Of a stretch of 64,000 nt of DNA, positions 37,355 to 45,638 are shown one piece after another. The notes under the pieces are model-generated. The model was not told the origin of the DNA. It saw only the letters and a list, made by a program, of their open reading frames with translations, and searched no databases. The position numbers and the translations under genes were made by a program. Each line of letters starts with the position of its first letter. Within the stretch, counting starts at the first letter, position 1. Source of the DNA: a candidate division FCPU426 bacterium (GTDB lineage Bacteria > Oederibacteriota > Muellerivitia > Muellerivitales > Muellerivitaceae); assembly GCA_963796105.1 (NCBI GenBank), contig CAWCKJ010000003.1:832001-896000 (forward strand), given 5' to 3'.

Positions 37355-39919
37355 TCAAGGTGAAGTCGCTGCCGCCGCATGACTTTCCACAACCGCCACA
37401 AACACCCCATTCCCATAGGTAACTGAACTCCAGTTCTGCGAACTGGGGAGGGTTTGGGCCGTCCAAGTGATACCGTCAGGCGAGGTCGCTGCCTCCGTAC
37501 TATTATTAGCGACCGCTACAAACTCCCCTTCCCCATAGGTCATTGTTGTCCAGTACTGAGAACCGGGAATGGTTTGGCCCGTCCAAGTGATCCCGTCCGG
37601 CGATGTCGCCACCGCCCCGTTAGTCGCCACCGCAACAAACTCCCCATTCCCATAGACCACTGGTCTCCAATTTTGTGAACTGGGGAGGGTTTGTTGGGAC
37701 CAGGTGATCCCGTCCGGTGATGTCGCCGCCACCGTACTATAATTAGCGACAGCCACAAATAACCCATTCCCGTAGGCCGCTGAATACCAATACTGTGAAG
37801 CGGGGAGCGTTTGGGGCGTCCAAGTGATACCATCCGGCGATGTCGCCGCCACCGCGCTGTTATAAGCAACCGCCACAAACACCCCATTCCCGTAGGCCAC
37901 TGAATACCAGTTCTGTGTACTAGGGAGGGTTTGTTGGGTCCAGGTGATCCCATCCGGTGATGTCGCCGCCACCGAACTTCCATTAGCAACCGCCACAAAC
38001 ACCCCATTCCCATAGGCCACTGACCACCAGTTCTGAGAACTGGGGAGGGCGCGGGCTGTCCAAGTTATACCGTCAGGCGAGGTCGCCGCCACCGAACTTG
38101 GGCCAAAAGAAACCGCCACAAACACCCCATTCCCGTAGGTCACTGAAAACCAGTTCTGTGAACTGGGGAGGGTGCGGGCCGTCCAGGACGTACCTGGTAA
38201 TGGTGTGTTGGTGGGCGTATTCGTCGGCGTGCAGGTGTTGCCGGGGTATCCGCAGGGTGTGGGAGTGGAAGAAGGGGTAAAGGTCAGGGTATCGGTCGGG
38301 GTATTAGTGGGCGTGTTGGTGGAAGTGTAAGTGGGGGTCGGGGTGGGTGTATTTGTGGAGGTAAAGGTGAATGTATTGGTCGGGGTATTCGTGGTTGTAA
38401 AAGTCAGCGTGTAGGTCGGGGTGTCGGTAGGGGTAAAGGTCAGGGTATCGGTTGGGGTATCCGTCGGGGTGTCGGTGGAAGTGTAAGTGGGGGTATCCGT
38501 GGGCGTATCCGTCGGGGTATAGGTGAAAGTATTCGTGAATGTATTGGTTGGCGAATCTGTTGAGGTATCCGTGGGTGTCGCCGTGGGGGTGTCTGTCGGG
38601 GTATAGGTGAATGTGTCCGTTGGGGTATTCGTAGGAGTATAGGTCAATGTATTCGTGAAAGTGTCCGTGGTCGTGGGGGTGCTGGTCAAAATAATCGAAA
38701 TGTAGGTGACCGAGGGATAGGTGGATGAAAAGCTGGAGGAGGGCGAGGAATTACCCGCCGAGTCCTGGGACCGAACCCAAAAGGTGGTGGAGCTGTTTGG
38801 AAGTACCGTGACGGGTATCCCGGTCGTGTTAAAAAGGGACGCCGGGCCCGAAGCGACAGGGGTTCCCGTGCAATTGGCGTTGGTGTAAATGTACACTGTG
38901 GTAATTAAGCCGGGAATATTAGGCCCATTGCCAGCCTGTCCATAAATACTAGGGTTGGTAACAGTGGAGGGTGACGCGGGAGTACTGTTAAAAACCTCAG
39001 GAATGGGTTCAGCGATCACATAAGCGTAAATGAGTCCCGTGGAGGGAGCGGACGCGTTGCCCGTAGAATCCGACTGGGTCGCGTAAAAAGTCACAGCGGA
39101 ATTCCCTATCAATGCGTTTCCGGCCGGAAGTGTGACCGTCCAGTTGCCGCTCGAATCCGCGACCGCCGTAGCCAGGGGGGACCCCAAATTGGTGTTTTTT
39201 TCGTAAAGCTGGATATTCGCGTTCGGCAGGGAGGTTCCATAAAGGGATGGGGTTGGGCCCGTGGAGGTGTTATTCGTGGGCGAGGTGGGATTGCTGGACG
39301 TGATAACTGGCGGGGACAATGGCGTCGATGTACCCGTGACGGTCGGGGTCGGCGTGATGGTAAGGGTGTCGGTGATCGTCGGGGAATTCGTTATGGTGGG
39401 CGTATTGGTCGGCGTATCCGTTGACGTGATAGTTGGGGAGTCAGTAGGCGTATCCGTCGGGGAATTAGTCTCGGTGGGAGTGAATGTTAACGTCAGAGTC
39501 GAAGTAGGCGTGTCGGTGTTAGAAAGTGTCGCGGAGAAGGTGGAAGTATAAGTAAAGGTAAAAGTTAGGGTGTTGGTATAAGTAAAAGTAGGAGTTAGGA
39601 GTGAGGAATTAGAAGTTGGTGACAAAGTCGGTGAATCAGTAAAGGTAGGCGTTGGGGACAAAGTCGGAGTATCCGTGGCGGTAGATATTGGAGTCGGTGT
39701 AAAGGTCATCGTGTTCGTGAGAGTAGGAGAAGGAGTGGAAGAAAAGGTAGGAGTTAGAAGTGAGGAAGTAGGAGTTGGAGAAACTGTTTCCGTGAGTGTT
39801 GGGGTAGCAGAAGGCCTGGGGGGTGAAACCGGATTGTTACCGTTGTTGGCACAAGCGCCGATAACCGAAGCCAGGATCGCTAAAACAAAGATAAATATCC
39901 AAAGATTTCTTCTAAACAT
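37355..39919 (-). CDS. Lipoprotein: Thr/Pro stalk, two Ig-like domains, second stalk, seven ~40-aa propeller repeats
   Basis: Lipobox VIGAC; Ig-like units ending D.AGN.S..S; 7x WT..TLPSSQNW.SV.YGNGVFVAV..AATSPDG. Confidence 0.87.
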   Translation of the reverse strand: MFRRNLWIFIFVLAILASVIGACANNGNNPVSPPRPSATPTLTETVSPTPTSSLLTPTFSSTPSPTLTNTMTFTPTPISTATDTPTLSPTPTFTDSPTLSPTSNSSLLTPTFTYTNTLTFTFTYTSTFSATLSNTDTPTSTLTLTFTPTETNSPTDTPTDSPTITSTDTPTNTPTITNSPTITDTLTITPTPTVTGTSTPLSPPVITSSNPTSPTNNTSTGPTPSLYGTSLPNANIQLYEKNTNLGSPLATAVADSSGNWTVTLPAGNALIGNSAVTFYATQSDSTGNASAPSTGLIYAYVIAEPIPEVFNSTPASPSTVTNPSIYGQAGNGPNIPGLITTVYIYTNANCTGTPVASGPASLFNTTGIPVTVLPNSSTTFWVRSQDSAGNSSPSSSFSSTYPSVTYISIILTSTPTTTDTFTNTLTYTPTNTPTDTFTYTPTDTPTATPTDTSTDSPTNTFTNTFTYTPTDTPTDTPTYTSTDTPTDTPTDTLTFTPTDTPTYTLTFTTTNTPTNTFTFTSTNTPTPTPTYTSTNTPTNTPTDTLTFTPSSTPTPCGYPGNTCTPTNTPTNTPLPGTSWTARTLPSSQNWFSVTYGNGVFVAVSFGPSSVAATSPDGITWTARALPSSQNWWSVAYGNGVFVAVANGSSVAATSPDGITWTQQTLPSTQNWYSVAYGNGVFVAVAYNSAVAATSPDGITWTPQTLPASQYWYSAAYGNGLFVAVANYSTVAATSPDGITWSQQTLPSSQNWRPVVYGNGEFVAVATNGAVATSPDGITWTGQTIPGSQYWTTMTYGEGEFVAVANNSTEAATSPDGITWTAQTLPSSQNWSSVTYGNGVFVAVVESHAAAATSP

Positions 39920-40159
39920 AGAAGCCCCCAAAACCGATCCATTTTCCACAATCGATTTTCCATTGCTCCATTCCACGGCGCGGAATACGGCTCCCCAACA
40001 ATTGTGTCTTCATTATTGGCCCGCAATGATCAATAAGCAACTTGGCTAAAACAAAACCCAGATTGGTTGACAAATGTAAGAAATGTATTTTTGCCCGGAT
40101 TTTGGAGAAGCTGAAAAAAAGTCAATGAAGAATGGACATGCTTCTGTATTAAGTGACCC

Positions 40160-40187
40160 TTGAAATAAAGGAATACATAGGTATACT
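40160..40187 (+). promoter_or_regulatory. Probable sigma70 promoter of the transposase (present in all four copies)
   Basis: TTGAAA-16 bp-TATACT, followed by GGAGG RBS. Confidence 0.6.
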
Positions 40188-40208
40188 GTCCGCTACGGGA
40201 GGTGGTAC

Positions 40209-41117
40209 ATGAGCTACCAGCGGATGAAAAGCATTAAAATTCTGAGGAAAATCCACACGGAAGAAGAAGCCCGCCAATGGGTGTGGAGATGCCGTTTCGG
40301 CGGGAAAGACTTTGTTTGTCCCCAATGTGAGGGCGAAAGCTTCTGGCAACACCAGGCCAAGCCTGAAGTGAGGGAATGTGACTATTGCCGGAAACGTCTT
40401 CGGCTTCGCGCCGGGACGATTTTTGAAAGCTCCAAGCTGCCTCTTTTAACCTGGGTCAGGGCCATCAGTTTGATGATGCAGGGCAAACGGGGTATTTCGG
40501 CCCTGGAACTGAAGCGGCATTTAAATCTTTCGGATCATTCGGCATGGCTTCTATTGCATAAGATCCGGGAAGGTCTTAGGCAAAAGGACGAAAGCTATAC
40601 TCTAAAGGGCGTCATTGAGTTGGATGGGGCGGTTTTTGGGAAAAAGGCCAAGGAAAACCAAGTGGAAGTCTTGGTGGCGGTGGAAAGCAAGGAATGGGTG
40701 GATGAGAATGGTTGCAAGAAGGAAAAAGCGGGTTTTGCCAAGGTGAAGGTAGCTATGGAAACCAAGTGGGAGAGCCAGGAATTCGTGAATCAGACTATGG
40801 AAAAAGGCTCTTTCCTCAACACAGATGCTTCGCCAGCCTTGCGTGAACTCAAAGGAGTGGAGGCAGACTACCGGGTGATGGCCAATGACCCGAAAGAGTT
40901 GGAAAGTTGGTTGCCCTGGGTACACCGGTTCATTTCCAACGCCAAGGCCTGGATCATTGGAACTCATCATGGCGTTGATGCTAAGTATTTAGGCCGGTAT
41001 CTAAGTGAATATGCCTATCGGTTCAACCGTCGTCATGATCCCGATTCCTTATTTCACCGTGCTTTGACCGCATGTGCCTTAGCAAAACCCATTACAGCAC
41101 GGTCACTTTGTGCATAA
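40209..41117 (+). CDS. IS1595-family transposase
   Basis: Protein identical to the other copies. Confidence 0.95.
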   Translation: MSYQRMKSIKILRKIHTEEEARQWVWRCRFGGKDFVCPQCEGESFWQHQAKPEVRECDYCRKRLRLRAGTIFESSKLPLLTWVRAISLMMQGKRGISALELKRHLNLSDHSAWLLLHKIREGLRQKDESYTLKGVIELDGAVFGKKAKENQVEVLVAVESKEWVDENGCKKEKAGFAKVKVAMETKWESQEFVNQTMEKGSFLNTDASPALRELKGVEADYRVMANDPKELESWLPWVHRFISNAKAWIIGTHHGVDAKYLGRYLSEYAYRFNRRHDPDSLFHRALTACALAKPITARSLCA

Positions 41118-41346
41118 GCATAAGAATGGACAATGAAGAATGAAAAATTAAATATTGAGGGAGGTTCTTAAAATAGGAAAATCCCCTAAATAAAAAGGGC
41201 CTTTCAAATCGGCTTTATCCGATTACTAAATAAAAAACGCTTTTAAAAGCTGTTTTTCAGGAAATATATTTTTCGTTCATCACATATAATTATCCTTAGT
41301 CGATCCATTCATTATTATTAAGACCGATTACAAGGAATTTTCTCGC

Positions 41347-41691
41347 ATGGGAAATTTTCAGGAAAAAAGACATCATAAACGGTTTGATTTTCAGAAACCG
41401 GTTCATATTAACCAGGTCCTTCCATCCAAATCGGGAAACATCTTCGAAGTCCAAGAACATAACATTCCAACCCAAAGCTATAACATGGGTGAAGGCGGAT
41501 TGAAACTCGAGATATCCTATCCCATCAGTGTTGGTTCCATCCTTAAATTGGGTTTCGAACCGGGAAAGGATGAAAAAATCGAAATTTTCGCGAAGGTTAT
41601 TTGGAGGCAAAAGACCGAATGCGGGGTGAATTTCCTAGCGCCAGAAACAGTAATCCAAAAGACCCTCCGTAATATTTCCCCGAATCCCTGA
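41347..41691 (+). CDS. Stand-alone PilZ-domain protein
   Basis: EKRHHKRF (RxxxR), NMGEGG (D/NxSxxG variant), AKVIWR..CGVNF. Confidence 0.85.
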   Translation: MGNFQEKRHHKRFDFQKPVHINQVLPSKSGNIFEVQEHNIPTQSYNMGEGGLKLEISYPISVGSILKLGFEPGKDEKIEIFAKVIWRQKTECGVNFLAPETVIQKTLRNISPNP

Positions 41692-41737
41692 ATAACCAAG
41701 CCGAAAGTGAAATGTAAATTCAAATCCGGAGGTAACC

Positions 41738-42001
41738 TTGTTAACGTTTGAATTCATGTCCAAAAATGATATTAAAACACCAGTGGATTGGTCGTCATGG
41801 AACGAAAGAATAATCGCGAGTTTAATGCGGTCCTGGCAGGCTGATAAAATAAGTCATACTGTTTATATTATCGAAAATGAACGAATGATCCTTGTTTTGC
41901 AAACCTTTTGGATGGGATATCAGTGTTCTGAATCGGAATGGAAAGATTTCGTCTCAAACTTCGGACCCTTAACGACGCGTCAGCAACTCTCCCGTCTTTA
42001 A
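41738..42001 (+). CDS. Hypothetical small protein
   Basis: GGAGG RBS before TTG start; protein identical in both repeat copies. Confidence 0.55.
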   Translation: MLTFEFMSKNDIKTPVDWSSWNERIIASLMRSWQADKISHTVYIIENERMILVLQTFWMGYQCSESEWKDFVSNFGPLTTRQQLSRL

Positions 42002-42088
42002 AATTCCGGGAAATACCATGAAATTGTGGCAACTTTAGACGAGGAAAGTATTTTTTAAATTGAGGGGCTTTTAAACTCGCGGGAAAGC

Positions 42089-42310
42089 TTATTTATTCTT
42101 GGGCAATACCAGGGGCGAAACCTGCTTGGCTCCCCTCTTGGCTGTCCCGCTGACCTTGCGAACGGGTTTATGCTTTTTAGCATGACCCTTTCCGTGGTCC
42201 AGGACCCATTGGGGTTTTTCTTTTATCGCGGGCGCCTGCTGCGCCCAAACTACTATACCTGCCCCCGCCGCTATGATAAAAATACATGCCGCCAATAATA
42301 TCTTTTTCAT
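42089..42310 (-). CDS. Small basic exported protein
   Basis: Sec signal (MKKILLAA...VWA|Q), Lys/His-rich mature part, RBS, 10 bp after the LRR gene. Confidence 0.75.
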   Translation of the reverse strand: MKKILLAACIFIIAAGAGIVVWAQQAPAIKEKPQWVLDHGKGHAKKHKPVRKVSGTAKRGAKQVSPLVLPKNK

Positions 42311-42320
42311 GGTTTCCCCT

Positions 42321-43721
42321 CTAATTAATAGTACAGCCTTCGGCTGTTAGTTCCGCTTCCTCCGTCGCCACGTTCGCCCCCGTCAAGGGGTTGCCAGTTT
42401 TGACCGAAATAGTAGCTGTATTCGTTCCCAACCCCGTGTTGTTCACGAGTGGCTGTAAATCCTGGATTTGGTTGTAATCGACATCCAGGGTGCTCAATAA
42501 CATCATCCCCGTAAGGGCCGTGAGGTCAACAATCTGGTTATTCTCCAGGTATAGTTGGGTCAGTTGGATCATTCCTGCAAGGGCTGAGATGTCGGTGATC
42601 TGGTTGTAGGCGAGAATCAAGTCGGTCATTTGGGTCAACCCTGCCAGCGGCGAGATATCGCTGACTTGGTTTACAGCGAGGTCCAGGAATTTTAAATTCG
42701 TCAATCCCGATAAGGGCGAGATATTTGTTATTTGGTTGCCGTTAAGGTACAGCATGTTCAATTGCGTCAACCCAGAAAGAGGCGAGATGTCGGTGACCAG
42801 GTTGCTCCATAGGTTCAAGTAGGTTAATTGGTTCAATCCGGCCAGGGGCGTGAGGTCGCTGACCTGGTTGTTCCAGAGAAACAATTGGGTCAAATTCGTC
42901 AATCCAGCCAAGACTGAGATGTCACTAACTTGGTTGAAAATGAGATCCAAATAGGTCAATTTCGTCATTCCGGCCAAGGGCGTGAGAATGGTGACCTGGT
43001 CGTAGCCAAGGTCCAGCGAGGTCAATTGCGTCAACCCGGCTAAGGGGGTGAGATTGGCGACCTGATTGTCATAAAGGTCCAGTGAGGTCAAACCGGACAG
43101 GCCAGAAAGAGGAGTCAAGTCGGTAATGTCATTGTTTTCAAGTTCCATCAATGTCACCGCAGTGCAATATTCCAGGCCCTCCAGGCTGGTGATGGTGACG
43201 GAATCGGCCGTCAAGCTGGTAATGGTGGCCATATCACATTGAGTAATGATGTCAGAGGTGCTCGAGATGATTCCGTTTTCGATCAATACGGTTTGAATGG
43301 CCGCCAAAAGGTTGGGGTCAGGAATAGTGACAGCCGCCGAAGAGCAGGCGGAAGTGATTGTGGGCGTGGCGGTAAAAGAGGGCGTTGAGGTTGGTGTATA
43401 CGTTAGGGTGGACGTAGATGTATAGGTGGAAGTTAGGAGAGCGGAAGTAGGAGTAGGTGACAAAGTCGGCGAATCCGTTAAGGAAGGCGTTGGAGTAAAG
43501 GTAGAAGTTAGGAGCGCGGAGGTAGGAGTTGGAGACAAGGTCGGGGTCCAAGTTGGTGTCGCTGTATGTGTTAGGGTTCCGGGAGAAAGTGTCCAAGTCG
43601 GCGAGGGTGTGGGTATAGTACTAGGCCCCGTGTAATATTCCTTGGTGCAGGCGGCGGGGAAAATCTCCAAGCCAGTCATAAGCAACAGCAGGAAACCCAC
43701 CGGATAAAGCGATCGACGCAC
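42321..43721 (-). CDS. Lipoprotein: Thr/Pro stalk plus internalin-like leucine-rich repeats
   Basis: Lipobox FPAAC; IPDPNL cap; 22-aa repeats LTxLxLxxNQVSDLTPLAGL; GTG start after GGAGG. Confidence 0.9.
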   Translation of the reverse strand: MRRSLYPVGFLLLLMTGLEIFPAACTKEYYTGPSTIPTPSPTWTLSPGTLTHTATPTWTPTLSPTPTSALLTSTFTPTPSLTDSPTLSPTPTSALLTSTYTSTSTLTYTPTSTPSFTATPTITSACSSAAVTIPDPNLLAAIQTVLIENGIISSTSDIITQCDMATITSLTADSVTITSLEGLEYCTAVTLMELENNDITDLTPLSGLSGLTSLDLYDNQVANLTPLAGLTQLTSLDLGYDQVTILTPLAGMTKLTYLDLIFNQVSDISVLAGLTNLTQLFLWNNQVSDLTPLAGLNQLTYLNLWSNLVTDISPLSGLTQLNMLYLNGNQITNISPLSGLTNLKFLDLAVNQVSDISPLAGLTQMTDLILAYNQITDISALAGMIQLTQLYLENNQIVDLTALTGMMLLSTLDVDYNQIQDLQPLVNNTGLGTNTATISVKTGNPLTGANVATEEAELTAEGCTIN

Positions 43722-44035
43722 GCAAACCTCCAAAAAGCTTTCAAAGCGACAATAGTTTATATCGGGTATGAGAATGTGGCAATGGACGGGGGAAGAATTT
43801 TAAACGATTGGAACCGCTTATTTATTCTTTGGCAATACCAGGGGTGAAACCTGCTTGGCTCCCCTCTTGGCCGTTCCTTTTGGGAACTTTTCAAAACCGA
43901 ACATGATAGGCCGTGGAAATCTTTCAAGGCTGCGCTTTACCGTTCGGGTTAAAACCTTGTCAAGTGCCCTAATTTCATGGGTGCCGGCGGATTTCAATTG
44001 GGGATATTGGTTTCAGGGGTCCCATTTGCTATATT

Positions 44036-44053
44036 TGTATTACATGTATCACA
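44036..44053 (+). promoter_or_regulatory. Likely antitoxin operator
   Basis: TGTATTACA-TGTATCACA (palindrome plus imperfect repeat) between a -10-like GCTATAT and the AAGGAG RBS. Confidence 0.6.
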
Positions 44054-44065
44054 AGGAGATTAACC

Positions 44066-44284
44066 ATGTCTATTTCAGTTTCCCTCAGGCTCCCAGATAA
44101 GACCGCGAAGGCTTTGGAGAGCCTGGCCAAGACCCTGGACCGCTCTAAATCCTACCTCATCCAAAAAGCGCTCGATACTTGGCTTGCCGAACAAGCCGAC
44201 CACCAGATCGCATTGGACCGCCTGCGTGATAAGCGGGACTCAATCCTCTCTTCCCAGGAATTGAGGAAGTGTCTTGGCCGTTAA
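44066..44284 (+). CDS. Ribbon-helix-helix antitoxin (RelB/CopG-like)
   Basis: SVSLRLPD...LESLAKTLDRSKSYLIQKAL; overlaps toxin gene. Confidence 0.88.
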   Translation: MSISVSLRLPDKTAKALESLAKTLDRSKSYLIQKALDTWLAEQADHQIALDRLRDKRDSILSSQELRKCLGR

Positions 44285-44525
44285 GGTCGAGTACAAGTCA
44301 TCCATCCAGAAGGACCTCAAGAAACTCGATCCTCCTACCGCCCGGCGGGTGCTGGACAGCCTGGAGAAAGCGCTCCAAACACCCCGAAATCCGGGTGAAC
44401 CCCTTCACGGCGAGTTTGCGGGGCTTTTCAAGCTGAGGGTTGGGGATTGGAGGGTAGTGTATGTTCCCATACCCGGCGGCTACCTTATTTTAAGGATCGC
44501 GCACCGCAAGGAAGTTTATAGGTAA
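44274..44525 (+). CDS. relE: RelE/StbE-family type II toxin
   Basis: KDLKKLD, GEPLHGE, KLRVGDWRVVY, IAHRKEVYR. Confidence 0.9.
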   Translation: MAVKVEYKSSIQKDLKKLDPPTARRVLDSLEKALQTPRNPGEPLHGEFAGLFKLRVGDWRVVYVPIPGGYLILRIAHRKEVYR

Positions 44526-44788
44526 AATCAAAAGTAAAAACCCAACCGTTGAAAATGGCAATGAAGAATGGACAATGAAGAATGAAAAATTAAATATTGA
44601 GGGAGGTTCTTAAAATAGGAAAATCCCCTAAATAAAAAGGGCCTTTCAAGTCAGCTTTATCCGATTACTAAATAAAAAACGCTTTTAAAAGCTGTTTTTC
44701 AGGAAATATATTTTTCGTTTATCACATATAATTATCCTTAGTCGATCCATTCATTATTATTAAGACCGATTACAAGGAATTTTCTCGC

Positions 44789-45133
44789 ATGGGAAATTTT
44801 CAGGAAAAAAGGCATCATAAACGGTTTGATTTTCAGAAACCGGTTCATATTAACCAGGTCCTTCCATCCAAATCGGGAAACATCTTCGAAGTCCAAGAAC
44901 ATAACATTCCAACCCAAAGCTATAACATGGGTGAAGGCGGATTGAAACTCGAGATATCCTATCCCATCAGTGTTGGTTCCATCCTTAAATTGGGTTTCGA
45001 ACCGGGAAAGGATGAAAAAATCGAAATTTTCGCGAAGGTTATTTGGAGGCAAAAGACCGAATGCGGGGTGAATTTCCTAGCGCCAGAAACAGTAATCCAA
45101 AAGACCCTCCGTAATATTTCCCCGAATCCCTGA
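44789..45133 (+). CDS. Stand-alone PilZ-domain protein (duplicate)
   Basis: Protein identical to 41347-41691. Confidence 0.85.
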   Translation: MGNFQEKRHHKRFDFQKPVHINQVLPSKSGNIFEVQEHNIPTQSYNMGEGGLKLEISYPISVGSILKLGFEPGKDEKIEIFAKVIWRQKTECGVNFLAPETVIQKTLRNISPNP

Positions 45134-45179
45134 ATAACCAAGCCGAAAGTGAAATGTAAATTCAAATCCAGAGGTAACC

Positions 45180-45443
45180 TTGTTAACGTTTGAATTCATG
45201 TCCAAAAATGATATTAAAACACCAGTGGATTGGTCGTCATGGAACGAAAGAATAATCGCGAGTTTAATGCGGTCCTGGCAGGCTGATAAAATAAGTCATA
45301 CTGTTTATATTATCGAAAATGAACGAATGATCCTTGTTTTGCAAACCTTTTGGATGGGATATCAGTGTTCTGAATCGGAATGGAAGGATTTCGTCTCAAA
45401 CTTCGGACCCTTAACGACGCGTCAGCAACTCTCCCGTCTTTAA
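45180..45443 (+). CDS. Hypothetical small protein (duplicate)
   Basis: Protein identical to 41738-42001. Confidence 0.55.
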   Translation: MLTFEFMSKNDIKTPVDWSSWNERIIASLMRSWQADKISHTVYIIENERMILVLQTFWMGYQCSESEWKDFVSNFGPLTTRQQLSRL

Positions 45444-45570
45444 AATTCCGGGAAATACCATGAAATTGTGGCAACTTTAGATGGGGGAAGGAAACACATA
45501 AAAAGCAATTATGAATTCTAAATTTTGAATTTTAAATTGACGAAGTTTCTTAAACCGCGAATCAAGTCAT

Positions 45571-45601
45571 AAAAAAAGGGCCCCGCGAACGCGGGGCCCT
45601 T
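45571..45601 (-). terminator. Rho-independent terminator
   Basis: Minus strand AAGGGCCCCGCG-TT-CGCGGGGCCC-TTTTTTT downstream of 45639. Confidence 0.9.
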
Positions 45602-45638
45602 CGTGTTTACAGACAACGCAAACAACCCCCAGCATCAA

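Larger units (their letters stand above)
40137..41122 (+). mobile_element. IS1595-family IS, copy 4
   Basis: IRs CATGCTTCTGTATTAAGTGACC / GGTCACTTTGTGCATAAGCATA; TSD AGAATGGA at 40129-40136 and 41123-41130. Confidence 0.95.
41123..42039 (+). repeat. 917-bp direct repeat, copy A (PilZ module)
   Basis: Matches 44565-45481 (offset 3442) with about six substitutions seen. Confidence 0.95.
44565..45481 (+). repeat. 917-bp direct repeat, copy B (IS-free allele)
   Basis: Matches 41123-42039; upstream CAATGA also matches the sequence left of IS copy 4. Confidence 0.95.
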
